NCBI GenBank assembly: GCA_965243025.1
Contig: CBDETY010000003.1
Location: forward strand, 448,001 to 512,000
DNA: 64,000 bases
Source: Candidatus Latescibacterota bacterium
GTDB taxonomy: Bacteria; Latescibacterota; UBA2968; UBA8231
Direction: 5' to 3'
Shown: positions 40,116 through 50,089 of the stretch, piece after piece
Layout of the letters: every line of letters begins with the position of its first letter
Position numbering within the stretch: the stretch's first letter is position 1
Translations under genes and position numbers: made by a program
The notes under the pieces: generated by a model
Databases searched by the model: none
What the model saw: the letters and a program-made list of their open reading frames with translations, nothing else
What the model was told of the DNA's origin: nothing

Positions 40116-41168
40116 ATGCACGTAATCGCCGCCGACAAGCTGCACCAGCTGGTATTCGATATCTGCATCGCCGCCGGGGCGGACGAGCGCAACGCCGCCT
40201 GCCTGGCCGACCACCAGGTGCTGTCCAACCTGCGCGGCGTCGACACCCACGGCATCTGGCACCTGCCGCTCTACGTCGACCAGATCCTCGCCGAACAGCT
40301 GCTGCCGACCAACTGGCCGCAGGTCCTCCGGGAGACCGGGGTCTCCGCCCTCGTCGACGGCTGCTGGACCTTCGGGCAGACCACCGCCATGGTCGCCACC
40401 GATATCGCCGTGGAAAAGGCGCTCGACCGGGGAATGGCAACGGTCGGCACGGTGCGCTGCAATCACATCGGGCGGGTCGGCCACTTCGTCGAGATGGCCG
40501 CGGCCAAGGGGTGCGTCGGGATCGTCGCGGCCGGGGGGTTTTCCGAAATCCTGCCGGTGGCCGCCCCCTTCGGCGGGCGGGAGCGGGTGCTGAGCACCAA
40601 CCCGGTCGCCATGGGCTTCCCCGTCGAGGAAGGAGCCGATCCGGTGATGTTCGACTTCGCGACCACGGCGATTTCCGGGGTCAAGGTCCTTAACGCGAGC
40701 CGCCGCGGGGAGCAGCTGCCCCCCGGGTGCGTCGTCGACCGGGAGGGCAGGCCGACCACCGATCCGGGCGCCTTCGAGGAAGGGGGCGCCCAGCTGCCGT
40801 TCGCCGGACACAAGGGGTACGCCCTGAACGTCGCCGTCGAGTACCTCGGCCGCATACTCACCGGCAGCGACACGTACGCCGAGGACCACCGCGGCACCGA
40901 CGTCGTGCGCCATCACGGTGCCACCATCCTCGCGGTCAGGGCGGACCTGTTCCGGCCGCTGGAGGAGTTCCGGGCGAGCGCCGCGGAGATGGCGGGGCGG
41001 CTGCGCAAGGTCGCTCCGGCCCCGGGGCACGAGGAAGTGCTGGCTCCCGGCGACCCGGAGGCGCGGGCGCAGGCGGAGCGGGAGCGGAACGGCATACCGG
41101 TGGCCGACGACATCTGGGAGAGCTTCGTGGCCACCGCGAAAAAGGTGGGGGTGGCAGTCGAGGAATAG
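40116..41168 (+). CDS. Ldh_2 family oxidoreductase
   Basis: GVDTHG, NHIGR, TNP, DFAT, GHKGY. Confidence 0.9.
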   Translation: MHVIAADKLHQLVFDICIAAGADERNAACLADHQVLSNLRGVDTHGIWHLPLYVDQILAEQLLPTNWPQVLRETGVSALVDGCWTFGQTTAMVATDIAVEKALDRGMATVGTVRCNHIGRVGHFVEMAAAKGCVGIVAAGGFSEILPVAAPFGGRERVLSTNPVAMGFPVEEGADPVMFDFATTAISGVKVLNASRRGEQLPPGCVVDREGRPTTDPGAFEEGGAQLPFAGHKGYALNVAVEYLGRILTGSDTYAEDHRGTDVVRHHGATILAVRADLFRPLEEFRASAAEMAGRLRKVAPAPGHEEVLAPGDPEARAQAERERNGIPVADDIWESFVATAKKVGVAVEE

Positions 41169-41316
41169 CGGGGATTCAGCGGCGGCCGGTTCACGCGAAA
41201 TGCCGGGAAGCACCAAAGTCCGGCGGCGGTGGGGAACCGCCCCTTTCCGGTTACAGGGGCGGCCACTCAGGACAGCCCGGCCGGATTCAACAAGGGACCT
41301 TGCCCGGCAGCGGTTG

Positions 41317-41712
41317 CTAAACCCTCCACTCCCCTTCGTCGCTGGTTATGTCGAGGACATTGCCGTCGGGGTCAAAAGCCTTGAAGGCGACCGATGGCGG
41401 TTCGTCGGCGCTGATCGCCAGGCGCCCTTTCACCGTTCTGGGGGCATCCGCCCCCCAGGCGCGCACCCGGCGCCAGGTCTCCTGCAGGTCGTCGACGACG
41501 AAACCGAAGTGGACGTACTCCTCCCCCTCGACCACGGGGGGCCGCTCTCCGTCGTGGGGCAGCAGAGTCAGGTTGAGGTAGCCGTCGCTCATGTCGAGGG
41601 CGCGGCCGTTGCCCCGGCAGCCGACGAAGCGCATGCCGAGCACTTCGGCGTAGAAGCGCCGCGTGATCTCGGCGTCGCGGCAGCGCAGGGCGATGTGGCG
41701 CACCGAGGGCAT
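41317..41712 (-). CDS. VOC/glyoxalase family protein
   Basis: RHIALRC..FYAEVLGM, HFGFVVDD, DPDGNVLDI. Confidence 0.85.
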   Translation of the reverse strand: MPSVRHIALRCRDAEITRRFYAEVLGMRFVGCRGNGRALDMSDGYLNLTLLPHDGERPPVVEGEEYVHFGFVVDDLQETWRRVRAWGADAPRTVKGRLAISADEPPSVAFKAFDPDGNVLDITSDEGEWRV

Positions 41713-41812
41713 CGGTTTCTCCCGGTCGAAAATCGGATTTCTTATGGAATTGACGCGCGGATCGAAGCGGTGCTCAATATAGCCACGCGAACCTCCTTCC
41801 ACAGGACGAGAC

Positions 41813-42973
41813 ATGAAAATCACCGAGATCAAGATGGTCACCCTGGAGCTGCCCGAAGGGGGCGGCCCCGGCCGCATGCCGCAGCTCGTGCAGGTCCCCG
41901 GACTGCGGCGCATCCAGTACCGCGCCGGCCACGACCCGGACCGCACCCCGGTCGAGACGCCGCCGTCGAAGCCGCGCGAGACCTTCCTCGAGGTGCGCAC
42001 CGACGAGGGGATCACCGGCCGCGTCCCGGTGTCGACCATGGACGCCTACCACCTCGGCATCGTCAACTCGATGGCCCTCGGGGAGAACCCCCTGCACCGC
42101 GAGCGCCTCTTCCAGATGTTCCACAAGGGGACGCGCTGGGTGTACCAGAAGCCGGGGTGGTTCGGCGACTTCGACAACTGCCTGTGGGACATCGCCGGCC
42201 GGGCGGCCGGGCTGCCGGTGCACGCCCTCATCGGCAGGGTGCGGGAGCGCATCCCCTGCTATCTCACCGGGGGGGACATGGACCTGCAGGGCTACTTCGG
42301 CCACATCGAGGCGGGCAGGACGTTCGGCATCAACGCCTACAAGTTTCACACCTACAAGGGGGGGAAGTACGACATCCCGATCTTCCGCGAGGTGCGCGAC
42401 GCCGTCGGCCCCGGGTACGAGCTGCTCAACGACCCGGTCTGCTCCTACGACCTGCGCGAGGCGATCGAGGTCGGCCACGTCATGGAGGAGCTCGACTTCA
42501 TCTGGCTCGAGGAGCCGTTCCACGAGCAGAAGCTCAACCAGTACCAGGAGCTGTGCCGCGAGCTGACGATGCCGGTGATGGGGACGGAGATGCTGATGCA
42601 CGACCTCGGGATCACCACGCAGTGGCTGATCCAGGGCGGAACCGACCTGCTGCGCGCCAACGCCCGCCACGGAACCACGCTGGTGCTCAAGATGGCCCAC
42701 TTCGCCGAGATGTACGACACCACCATCGAGATGAACTCCGTCGGCGGGGTGTACGGCCACATCCACGCGACCCTGGGCTGCTGCGTCGACAACACCACCT
42801 TCTACGAGTACATGAGCGTCGAGGCGGACACCCTGAGGAAACAGGGAGAGACCTGGGGCATGATGAACGCCCCGGTGGTCGAGGACGGCTGCCTGGCCCC
42901 CACGGACCTTCCGGGCTGGGGGGCGGAGTGGGACGAGGAGAAGTTCCAGTCGCTGGTGGTCTCGGAGCGGTAG
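41813..42973 (+). CDS. Mandelate racemase/muconate lactonizing enzyme (enolase superfamily)
   Basis: DNCLWDIAG..GLPVHALIG, YKFH, WLEEP, GTE, PGWG. Confidence 0.88.
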   Translation: MKITEIKMVTLELPEGGGPGRMPQLVQVPGLRRIQYRAGHDPDRTPVETPPSKPRETFLEVRTDEGITGRVPVSTMDAYHLGIVNSMALGENPLHRERLFQMFHKGTRWVYQKPGWFGDFDNCLWDIAGRAAGLPVHALIGRVRERIPCYLTGGDMDLQGYFGHIEAGRTFGINAYKFHTYKGGKYDIPIFREVRDAVGPGYELLNDPVCSYDLREAIEVGHVMEELDFIWLEEPFHEQKLNQYQELCRELTMPVMGTEMLMHDLGITTQWLIQGGTDLLRANARHGTTLVLKMAHFAEMYDTTIEMNSVGGVYGHIHATLGCCVDNTTFYEYMSVEADTLRKQGETWGMMNAPVVEDGCLAPTDLPGWGAEWDEEKFQSLVVSER

Positions 42974-42998
42974 CCGGGCTGCCGGGGCGGAACCGGAG

Positions 42999-43754
42999 AT
43001 GACCGAAGAACAGCTGGCCGAGCGCGCCGCCGAGGTGCGCCGCACCGGGTACACCATCCTGCGGGGGCAGATTCCCCCGGAAGCGGTGGCCGAGGTCGCC
43101 GCGGCGTTCGCCCCGGTCTGGGAGGACCACCTCGAGGAGATCCGGGCCAACCCCAACCGCGGCCCGATGCGCCACTACATACAGCTGCCGTTCGAGCCCC
43201 CCTTCTACCAGTCGCGGATCCACGGGGATCCCGGCATCGTCGGGGTGGTCCTCAAGCTCCTCGGAGAGGACGCCGAGATGGTTCAGTATGCCAGCGATAC
43301 CCCGGCGAAGGGCAGCGTCCACCAGGAATGGCATGGCGACGTGCCCCCCTCCCTCTTCCCGGATGAGCCGGACCTGGTGACGCCGCCGGCGCTGATCGCC
43401 GTCAACTTCCCGTTCGTCGACGTCGGCCGCGAGAACGGCCCCTTCGAGGTCGCCGAGGGCAGCCACCGCGTGCCGCGGCCCGAGGCCCTCGAGAGAATCG
43501 GGCGCGGAGGGTTCGAACGGCGGGAGCTGCTGATGAAGGTCGGGGACGTGCTGATCCGCGACCCTCGCTGCATTCACCGCGGCACCCCCAACCGCACGGA
43601 TACCCCGAGGCCGGTGGCGGTGATCGGATTCGAGCGGGCCTGGTACCGGCTGATCAGCCTTAAGCACCACAACCCGGTGCGCCGGGAGTTCTGGGAGACC
43701 CTGCCGGAGCCGGAGCAGCAGCTGCTGAGGCGCAACGTCGAACCCCCTGGCTGA
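42999..43754 (+). CDS. PhyH family dioxygenase
   Basis: QEWHGD, ENGPFEVAEGSH, HRGTPNRT. Confidence 0.87.
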   Translation: MTEEQLAERAAEVRRTGYTILRGQIPPEAVAEVAAAFAPVWEDHLEEIRANPNRGPMRHYIQLPFEPPFYQSRIHGDPGIVGVVLKLLGEDAEMVQYASDTPAKGSVHQEWHGDVPPSLFPDEPDLVTPPALIAVNFPFVDVGRENGPFEVAEGSHRVPRPEALERIGRGGFERRELLMKVGDVLIRDPRCIHRGTPNRTDTPRPVAVIGFERAWYRLISLKHHNPVRREFWETLPEPEQQLLRRNVEPPG

Positions 43755-43777
43755 CCGGGCAGGCGCCCGGCGGGGGG

Positions 43778-44689
43778 CTAGCGCGAGTACCCGTCGCGGT
43801 TGCCGTCGCGCCAGTCCGGCAGGTACCCCTCGGTCCGGCCGTACCCCCAGGAGGGGCCGATCTGGTTCGCGGTGCGCCACGGCCAGCCCTGGCCGCCGAC
43901 GATGCGGAACTCATCCCCTTTCCCGCACAGCCAGTAAAACATGTGGGCGGCGTAGCGGGCGGTGTTGTGGCCCCCGTAGTACGCTCTGTGGAAGTCGAAC
44001 TCCGGGTCCTCCACCCAGTCTCTCAGCGGCGGCGTGGTGCGCCAGTAGTTGTACTTGAGCATGCGCCGGACCCCGGGCCGCGTCGACTCGCCGCGGCGGT
44101 GCAGGATGCTCTGGTGGTGGATGCCGATGGTGCCGGCCGGCCCGGAGGCGAGCACCCCCTCGTAGTCCGCCCCGTAGTCCTGGGCCTTGAAGTGGGTGCC
44201 GGGAACGAACTCGGTCGGCCCGAGCTCGGCCGGGGTGTCCTGGGGGAAGTAGAAGACCTCGACGAACTCGAGCTCCGGGCCGAAGATGCGGTCGGCGTCC
44301 TGGTGCCATGACTGGGGCTCCCCCGGCCCTTCGGTCTTGTGCAGGCTGGCCAGCACCGGCAGGCCGACGTGGCGCCCCAGCAGCGAGCGCATGGCCCCGC
44401 ACAGCTGCGGGTTGAGCAGCACGTGCTCGAGGTACCAGTCCTCGAGGAAGATCGAGCTCGGCTCGTGCGAGTTGCGGATGCGCTCGAGCTCCTGCTCGTC
44501 GAGGCCGTCGGGGATCCAGGAGGGGTTGGCGGGGATCCTGCCGTCGAGGTAGTCGCAGGCGCGCCGGTTGACGTCGTCGGGGACCGCACCCTCCAGCATG
44601 ATGTAGCCGTTGATGCAGAAGTCGAGCACCTCGAAGTCGGTCAGGGTCGGTTCGCAGTCGAAGGTTCGGGTCGTCGCGTCGTAGTTCAC
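43778..44689 (-). CDS. PhyH family dioxygenase
   Basis: QSWHQD, GPTEFVPGTH, ILHRR. Confidence 0.82.
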   Translation of the reverse strand: MNYDATTRTFDCEPTLTDFEVLDFCINGYIMLEGAVPDDVNRRACDYLDGRIPANPSWIPDGLDEQELERIRNSHEPSSIFLEDWYLEHVLLNPQLCGAMRSLLGRHVGLPVLASLHKTEGPGEPQSWHQDADRIFGPELEFVEVFYFPQDTPAELGPTEFVPGTHFKAQDYGADYEGVLASGPAGTIGIHHQSILHRRGESTRPGVRRMLKYNYWRTTPPLRDWVEDPEFDFHRAYYGGHNTARYAAHMFYWLCGKGDEFRIVGGQGWPWRTANQIGPSWGYGRTEGYLPDWRDGNRDGYSR

Positions 44690-44817
44690 TTGCTTCTCCT
44701 TCAGGCGGGTTCTTTTCGGCGGCGGAAGCGGCCGCGGAGGCGGGGAAACTAACCCAGGCTGATCGCGGATGTCACGGATTTGATCCCCCTTCGGGGCAAT
44801 AGCGTAACTTCGAATCG

Positions 44818-46224
44818 ATGAGTGGAACGCAGGAAAAGAGCCAGGGCCGGGTAGGGGAGTTCATCGCCAATCCGCGCCGCGCCGTCTGGACCCTGTCGCT
44901 GCCGGTGATGATGGGCATGGCGGTCTACACCATCTACAACCTGACCGACATGTTCTTCGTCGGCATGCTCGGGGGGGACGCCCTCGCCGCCCTGACCTTC
45001 AACATGCCGGTGGTCTTTCTCGCCATCGGCACGGTCTTCGGTCTCGGCACCGGGGCGACGAGCGCCATCGCCCGCTCCCTGGGGGCCGGCGACAGGAAGG
45101 CGGCCGAGGACGCCGCCCGCCAGACCCTGGTCATGGGACTCCTGTTCGCCGCCGCCGTCATCGCCGTCGCCCTCCTCTTCAAGGGGGGGATCATCACGGC
45201 CCTGGGGGCCACCGGCGAGGTCGCCGCCCTCGCGGTCCGCTACTTCGAGGTCGCCGCCCCGGGGTTCGCCTTCGTCGTGGTCAACACCTGCTTCCGCTCG
45301 ATCATGACCGGGGAAGGCAACACCAAGACCCCGGTCCTCTTCCAGGCCGGGGGCACCCTCCTCAACGTCGCCCTCGACCCGCTGCTGATCTTCACCGCCG
45401 GCCTGGGGATCGCCGGGGCCGCCTGGGCGACGGTCATCAGTCAGTTCGCGGTGATGCTGGTGTTCCTGTTCTACATCTTCGTGCGCCGCGGCAGCTTCCT
45501 GAATCTCGGCTCCGGTCCGTGGGGGCTGACGCGGACAACTGCGGGCCTCATCCTCAAGGTCGGGCTCCCCTCCTCGGCGTCGATGCTGCTGATTTCGGGA
45601 GGGAGCATCTTCTACAACCGCATCGTGTCGGTGTTCGGTTCCGAGGCGGTCGCCGGCCTCGGCATCGGCGGGCGCATGGACTCGATCTTCTTCATGCCGG
45701 TGTTCGCTCTCGCCACCAGCCAGGTGACCCTGGCGGGGATGTTCTACGGCGCCGGGCGCATCGACCTCGTCAGGAAGACCCTGGTCTACACCGTCCTCAG
45801 GGCGGAGGTGCTCGCCGTCGTATTCGGCCTCGGATTCTACCTGTTCGCGCCGCAGCTGGCCGGGGCCTTCACCGACGACGATCGCATCGCCCGGGTGGCC
45901 ACCTCCTACCTGCGGGTGTTCGTGCTCGCCTTCCCGTTCATAGCGGCCGGATTGATAAGCAGCAGGGTCTTCCAGGGCCTCGGCAGCGGCGTCCCGGCGA
46001 TGGTCATCACCGCCCTCCGCGTGGTGCTGATCGCCGTGCCGGTCGCGTACGCCCTGACCCGCTACTGGGGCTTCGGACTGACCGCGGTCTGGTGGACGTT
46101 CGTCGCTTCCGCGGTCGCCTCGTCGCTGCTGTCGGTGATCTGGATCTCCCGGCGGCTGAGGCGGGAAGAGGCGGAGCCGGGCGGGACCGGGGCCCATCGG
46201 CTGCGCATGGAGGATTCGTATTAA
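44818..46224 (+). CDS. MATE family efflux transporter
   Basis: About 12 hydrophobic segments; D..FVGMLG, GEGNTKTP, LNVALDPLLIF..GIAGAAWATVISQ. Confidence 0.92.
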   Translation: MSGTQEKSQGRVGEFIANPRRAVWTLSLPVMMGMAVYTIYNLTDMFFVGMLGGDALAALTFNMPVVFLAIGTVFGLGTGATSAIARSLGAGDRKAAEDAARQTLVMGLLFAAAVIAVALLFKGGIITALGATGEVAALAVRYFEVAAPGFAFVVVNTCFRSIMTGEGNTKTPVLFQAGGTLLNVALDPLLIFTAGLGIAGAAWATVISQFAVMLVFLFYIFVRRGSFLNLGSGPWGLTRTTAGLILKVGLPSSASMLLISGGSIFYNRIVSVFGSEAVAGLGIGGRMDSIFFMPVFALATSQVTLAGMFYGAGRIDLVRKTLVYTVLRAEVLAVVFGLGFYLFAPQLAGAFTDDDRIARVATSYLRVFVLAFPFIAAGLISSRVFQGLGSGVPAMVITALRVVLIAVPVAYALTRYWGFGLTAVWWTFVASAVASSLLSVIWISRRLRREEAEPGGTGAHRLRMEDSY

Positions 46225-46266
46225 ATACAACAAATCGTATTAAATACAAATATCTGTATTTAATAC
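46218..46266. promoter_or_regulatory. Triple GTATTWAATAC palindromic box (putative enhancer/UAS), site A
   Basis: Boxes at 46218, 46237 and 46256, 19-bp period; same arrangement at 55563-55611. Confidence 0.8.
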
Positions 46267-46402
46267 GGCGGACCCGGGAAGCCGGTTCGTGGAAAAAACG
46301 AGCTGACGGCCCCCCGAAAAATAAAAAAACATTTTGTAAGAGACCTGAAAGATAATGACTTACGGAACTACAGTTCCCATTCGTGAAGGCGCAGGCCAGG
46401 TA

Positions 46403-46419
46403 CAGGCACGCCGTTTGCA
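46403..46419 (+). promoter_or_regulatory. Sigma-54 -24/-12 promoter A
   Basis: caGGcacgccgtttGCa is GG-N10-GC, close to the TGGCAC-N5-TTGC consensus; an activator gene is in the same locus. Confidence 0.8.
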
Positions 46420-46478
46420 TCTCTTCTGGGTGAACGGGGTTAGCGAAAGGCGCGGCCCCGAAACCAGAGGAGGAAGTC

Positions 46479-46688
46479 ATGAAACGTCATTTGAATCGGA
46501 GCAGAAAGGCCCTTCTCGCCATCGCGGCGGGGATCGTGCTCGCGTCCGGTGCGGCCTTCCTGAGCGCACACAGCGGAGACCACCATATCAGCAATGTTGG
46601 CTCCGCCGGGGAGTGCGCCTACTTGTGCTCCGTGTTGGGGCACGGGTACTCCTACGACGACGAGAACGACTGCTGCACCTGCAACTGA
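46479..46688 (+). CDS. Small secreted Cys-rich peptide (69 aa), family member 2
   Basis: GAGGAGG RBS; signal ..FLSA|HSGDHH; SAGECAYLCSVLGH...CCTCN. Confidence 0.82.
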   Translation: MKRHLNRSRKALLAIAAGIVLASGAAFLSAHSGDHHISNVGSAGECAYLCSVLGHGYSYDDENDCCTCN

Positions 46689-46934
46689 GCTCTCCCCCTT
46701 CTGCCAGGGGGAGGCTCCAGTCGCTCAGGCGCCCGCGCCCTGTTTCTTTAAAGGGTGTGGGCGCATTTCCGCATTTCTTCCGGGCTTTCCTTGGGGTCCT
46801 CCTGCGACTTCGCAGGGAGCGCTCCAAGAAACAGCAAAAGACGGCATTACGAGGGCGCCTGAATCAGGAGACCTCGTCGACGGAGGTGTTCAGCCTGCCG
46901 GCAGCCGGTTCACTTTCACACAGGAGGAAGACTC

Positions 46935-47900
46935 ATGGCTCTTGGTGATATCAAAAAGCAATGGTGCGCGGCTCTCGTTCTGTTCCTGGGGATGACGTTG
47001 CCTTCCGAGGCCCACCTCGGAGACCGCGTGTACCCGGTTACCTACCTCAGCGACGAAATGCTGGAAAGGATCGATCTCAAGGACGGGTTGGTAGACGAGT
47101 GGTACGAGTTGGTCGGCGAGCCCTCCATGACCCTGCTGGATTTCACGGGAGAAGAGCCGCATTCGCCTCCTTTGCCACCAGATCCTTCCGACCTGGACTT
47201 CCGCATCTGGCTGGCCTGGCATGACGAGCCTGCGCGTCTCTATGTCGCCTTCGTGGCCAGCGATGACGTGTACGAGAACACCCATGACTACAGCAGTTCT
47301 CCACACTTGCATTTACATGACAGCATCATGTTGGCGATCGACGGAGACCATAGCGGCGGTGCCGGCTCTAGGAACGGTATGCCGCTGGAAGAAGCTCGCG
47401 AGATTCAAGGGCAAGCTCCGGATTACGAGGCTATTTCCCGCACCGTCAGCGGTCCGACCCTGAATGATATGGGTTATAGATTTCAGAAGAAACAGACTTT
47501 ATGGACGACCGTGCCTCCCTATGGGGACAGCGGCGGGGGCGTGGCCGGAGAAGCTCCGGTCATCTGGGTGATCGAGCTGTACGTGACGCCGTTCGACCGC
47601 TGGGGGGAAACGTGGGGAAGCCCCGAGGGGAGCGTGGTCAGCCATTTTGCCGCAGGAAAAGTGATCGGTTTCTCGGTGGTAGTGCTCGACCATGACCCGC
47701 CTGCATATGATTCCCAGAATTGGGCTGTCCAAGTCCGGCCGTCAGACGATTCCGACTCCCCGCTCTGGAACATATTTCGCAATCGGGCGGATTCCTTTCT
47801 CGACGGGCTGCTGCTGCCCGCCGATCCGGCTGGACCGGGTGACAGCGCGGTGGAGTCGGTTTCCTGGGGGCGGATCAAGGCCTCCCTGGTGATTGAGTAA
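46935..47900 (+). CDS. CBM9/DOMON-like protein, tandem copy 1
   Basis: SEA|HLGDRVYP ... SAVESVSWGRIKASLVIE. Confidence 0.83.
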   Translation: MALGDIKKQWCAALVLFLGMTLPSEAHLGDRVYPVTYLSDEMLERIDLKDGLVDEWYELVGEPSMTLLDFTGEEPHSPPLPPDPSDLDFRIWLAWHDEPARLYVAFVASDDVYENTHDYSSSPHLHLHDSIMLAIDGDHSGGAGSRNGMPLEEAREIQGQAPDYEAISRTVSGPTLNDMGYRFQKKQTLWTTVPPYGDSGGGVAGEAPVIWVIELYVTPFDRWGETWGSPEGSVVSHFAAGKVIGFSVVVLDHDPPAYDSQNWAVQVRPSDDSDSPLWNIFRNRADSFLDGLLLPADPAGPGDSAVESVSWGRIKASLVIE

Positions 47901-47974
47901 CCGGCATGCCGAACCTTCCTTTGCGCGGTTCTGGAGCCTCGACCGCGTCGGGCCTCAAACAAGGGAGAAAACTC

Positions 47975-48960
47975 ATGACTCGTCTCGTATCCGGAAGCAA
48001 TGGCGCGCCGTCCCGGTCCTGCTCTTGGGATTGGGGCTGTCCGCCTGCCTGTCTGCCCGAGCAGAGGCCCACCTCGGCGATCGTGTGTACCCGATTCCCT
48101 ACCTCAGCGACGAAATGCTGGAACAGATCCAACTCCACGACGGGTTGGTAGACGAGTGGTACGAGTTGGTCGGCGAGCCCACCATGTCGCTGCTGGATTT
48201 CACGGAAGAACTCTACCAATCGCCGCTTGATCCCTCCGACATCGACTTCCGTATCTGGCTGGCCTGGCACGACGAGCCGGCCCGTCTCTACGTCGGCTTG
48301 GTGGCCAGCGACGACGTGTACAAGAACACCCACGACTATAACAGTGGTTCTTCTTCTCGTTCTGCAATTTACACGCATGACAGCATCAAGCTGGCGATCG
48401 ACGGAGACCATAGCGGCGGTGCCGGCTCTGGCAACGGTACGCCGCTGGAAGAGGTTATCGAGATTCAAGGGCAAGCTCCTGATTACGAGGCTATTCCCCG
48501 CACCGTCAGCGGTCCGACCCTGAATGATGGGCTGTATAGATTCCAGAAGAAACAGACTTTATGGACGACCGTGCCTCCCTATGGGGACAGCGGCGGCGGC
48601 GTGGCCGGAGAAGCCCCGGTCATCTGGGTGATCGAGCTGTATGTGACGCCGTTCGACCGCTGGGGGGAAACGTGGGGAAGCCCCGAGGGGAGCGTGGTCA
48701 GCCATTTTGCCGCGGGTCAGGTGATCGGTTTCGCGGTGGTAGTGATTGACCATGACCCGCCTGAAATTGCTGTCAAAAGATGGTCGGTCGAAGTCCAGCA
48801 GTCAGACGAGACCGACACCACGTTCTGGAACATAATTCGCAATCGGGCGGATTCCTTTCTCGACGGGCTGCTGCTGCCCGCCGATCCGGCTGGACCGGGT
48901 GACAGCGCGGTGGAGTCGGTTTCCTGGGGGCGGATCAAGGCCTCCCTGGTGATTGAGTAA
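47975..48960 (+). CDS. CBM9/DOMON-like protein, tandem copy 2; 1-nt deletion just after the cognate ATG
   Basis: The RBS-linked ATG at 47975 is out of frame (atgactcgtctcgt versus atgactcgtcttcgt in copy 4); the frame is open from TTG 47893; AEA|HLGDRVYP. Confidence 0.7.
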
Positions 48961-49034
48961 CCGGCATGCCGAACCTTCCTTTGCGCGGTTCTGGAGCCTC
49001 GACCGCGCCGGGCCTCAAACAAGGGAGAAAACTC

Positions 49035-50015
49035 ATGGCTCGTTTTCGTATCCGGAAGCAATGGCGCGCCGTCCCGGTCCTGCTCTTGGGATTGGGGCTG
49101 TCCGCCTGCCTGTCTGCCCGAGCAGAGGCCCACCTCGGAGACCGTGTGTACCCGATTCCCTATCTCAGCGACCAAATGCTGGAACAGGTCCAACTCGACG
49201 ACGGGTTGGTAGACGAGTGGTACGAGTTGGTCGGCGAGCCCACCCTGTCGCTGCTGGATTTCACGGAAGAACTCTACCAATCGCCGCTTGATCCCTCCGA
49301 CATCGACTTCCGTATCTGGCTGGCCTGGCACGACGAGCCGGCCCGTCTCTATGTCGTCTTGGTGGCCAGCGACGACGTGTACAAGAACACCCACGATTAC
49401 AGTAGTTCAAGAGATGTAATTCATTTCCATGACAGCATCATGCTGGCGATCGACGGAGATCACAGCGGAGGTGTGGGTTACTCCAACAGTGACCAATTGG
49501 AGGAACGGATCGAGGCAATTGGGCGAACTCAATATTACGAGGCCATTTCCCGCACCGTCAGCGGTCCGACCCTGAATGATTTGCCCTATAGAGTCCAGGT
49601 TGGACAGGATTCATGGAGGACCGTGCCGCCCTACGCGGAAAGCGGCGGCGGCGTAGCCGGCGAAGCGCCGGTCATCTGGGTGATCGAGCTGTACGTGACG
49701 CCGTTCGACCGCTGGGGAGAAACGTGGGGAAGCCCCGAGGGGAGCGTGGTCAGCCAATTTGCCGCAGGAAAAATGATCGGTTTCTCAGTTATAGTTTTTG
49801 ACCATGACCCGCCCGGAGATATTGAGCGGAAGGATTGGGCGCTCGATGTTCAGCGATCAGAGGAGTCGGACACTACGCTCTGGAACATATTCCGCCAGCG
49901 GGCGGATACCTTTCTCGACGGGCTGCTGCTGCCCGCCGATCCGGCTGGACCGGGTGACAGCGCGGTGGAGTCGGTTTCCTGGGGGCGGATCAAGGCCTCC
50001 CTGGTGATTGAGTAA
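49035..50015 (+). CDS. CBM9/DOMON-like protein, tandem copy 3
   Basis: GGGAG RBS, MARFRIRKQW..AEA|HLGDRVYP, same tail. Confidence 0.83.
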   Translation: MARFRIRKQWRAVPVLLLGLGLSACLSARAEAHLGDRVYPIPYLSDQMLEQVQLDDGLVDEWYELVGEPTLSLLDFTEELYQSPLDPSDIDFRIWLAWHDEPARLYVVLVASDDVYKNTHDYSSSRDVIHFHDSIMLAIDGDHSGGVGYSNSDQLEERIEAIGRTQYYEAISRTVSGPTLNDLPYRVQVGQDSWRTVPPYAESGGGVAGEAPVIWVIELYVTPFDRWGETWGSPEGSVVSQFAAGKMIGFSVIVFDHDPPGDIERKDWALDVQRSEESDTTLWNIFRQRADTFLDGLLLPADPAGPGDSAVESVSWGRIKASLVIE

Positions 50016-50089
50016 CCGGCATGCCGAACCTTCCTTTGCACGGTTCTGGAGCCTCGACCGCGTCGGGCCTCAAACAAGGGAGAAAACTC

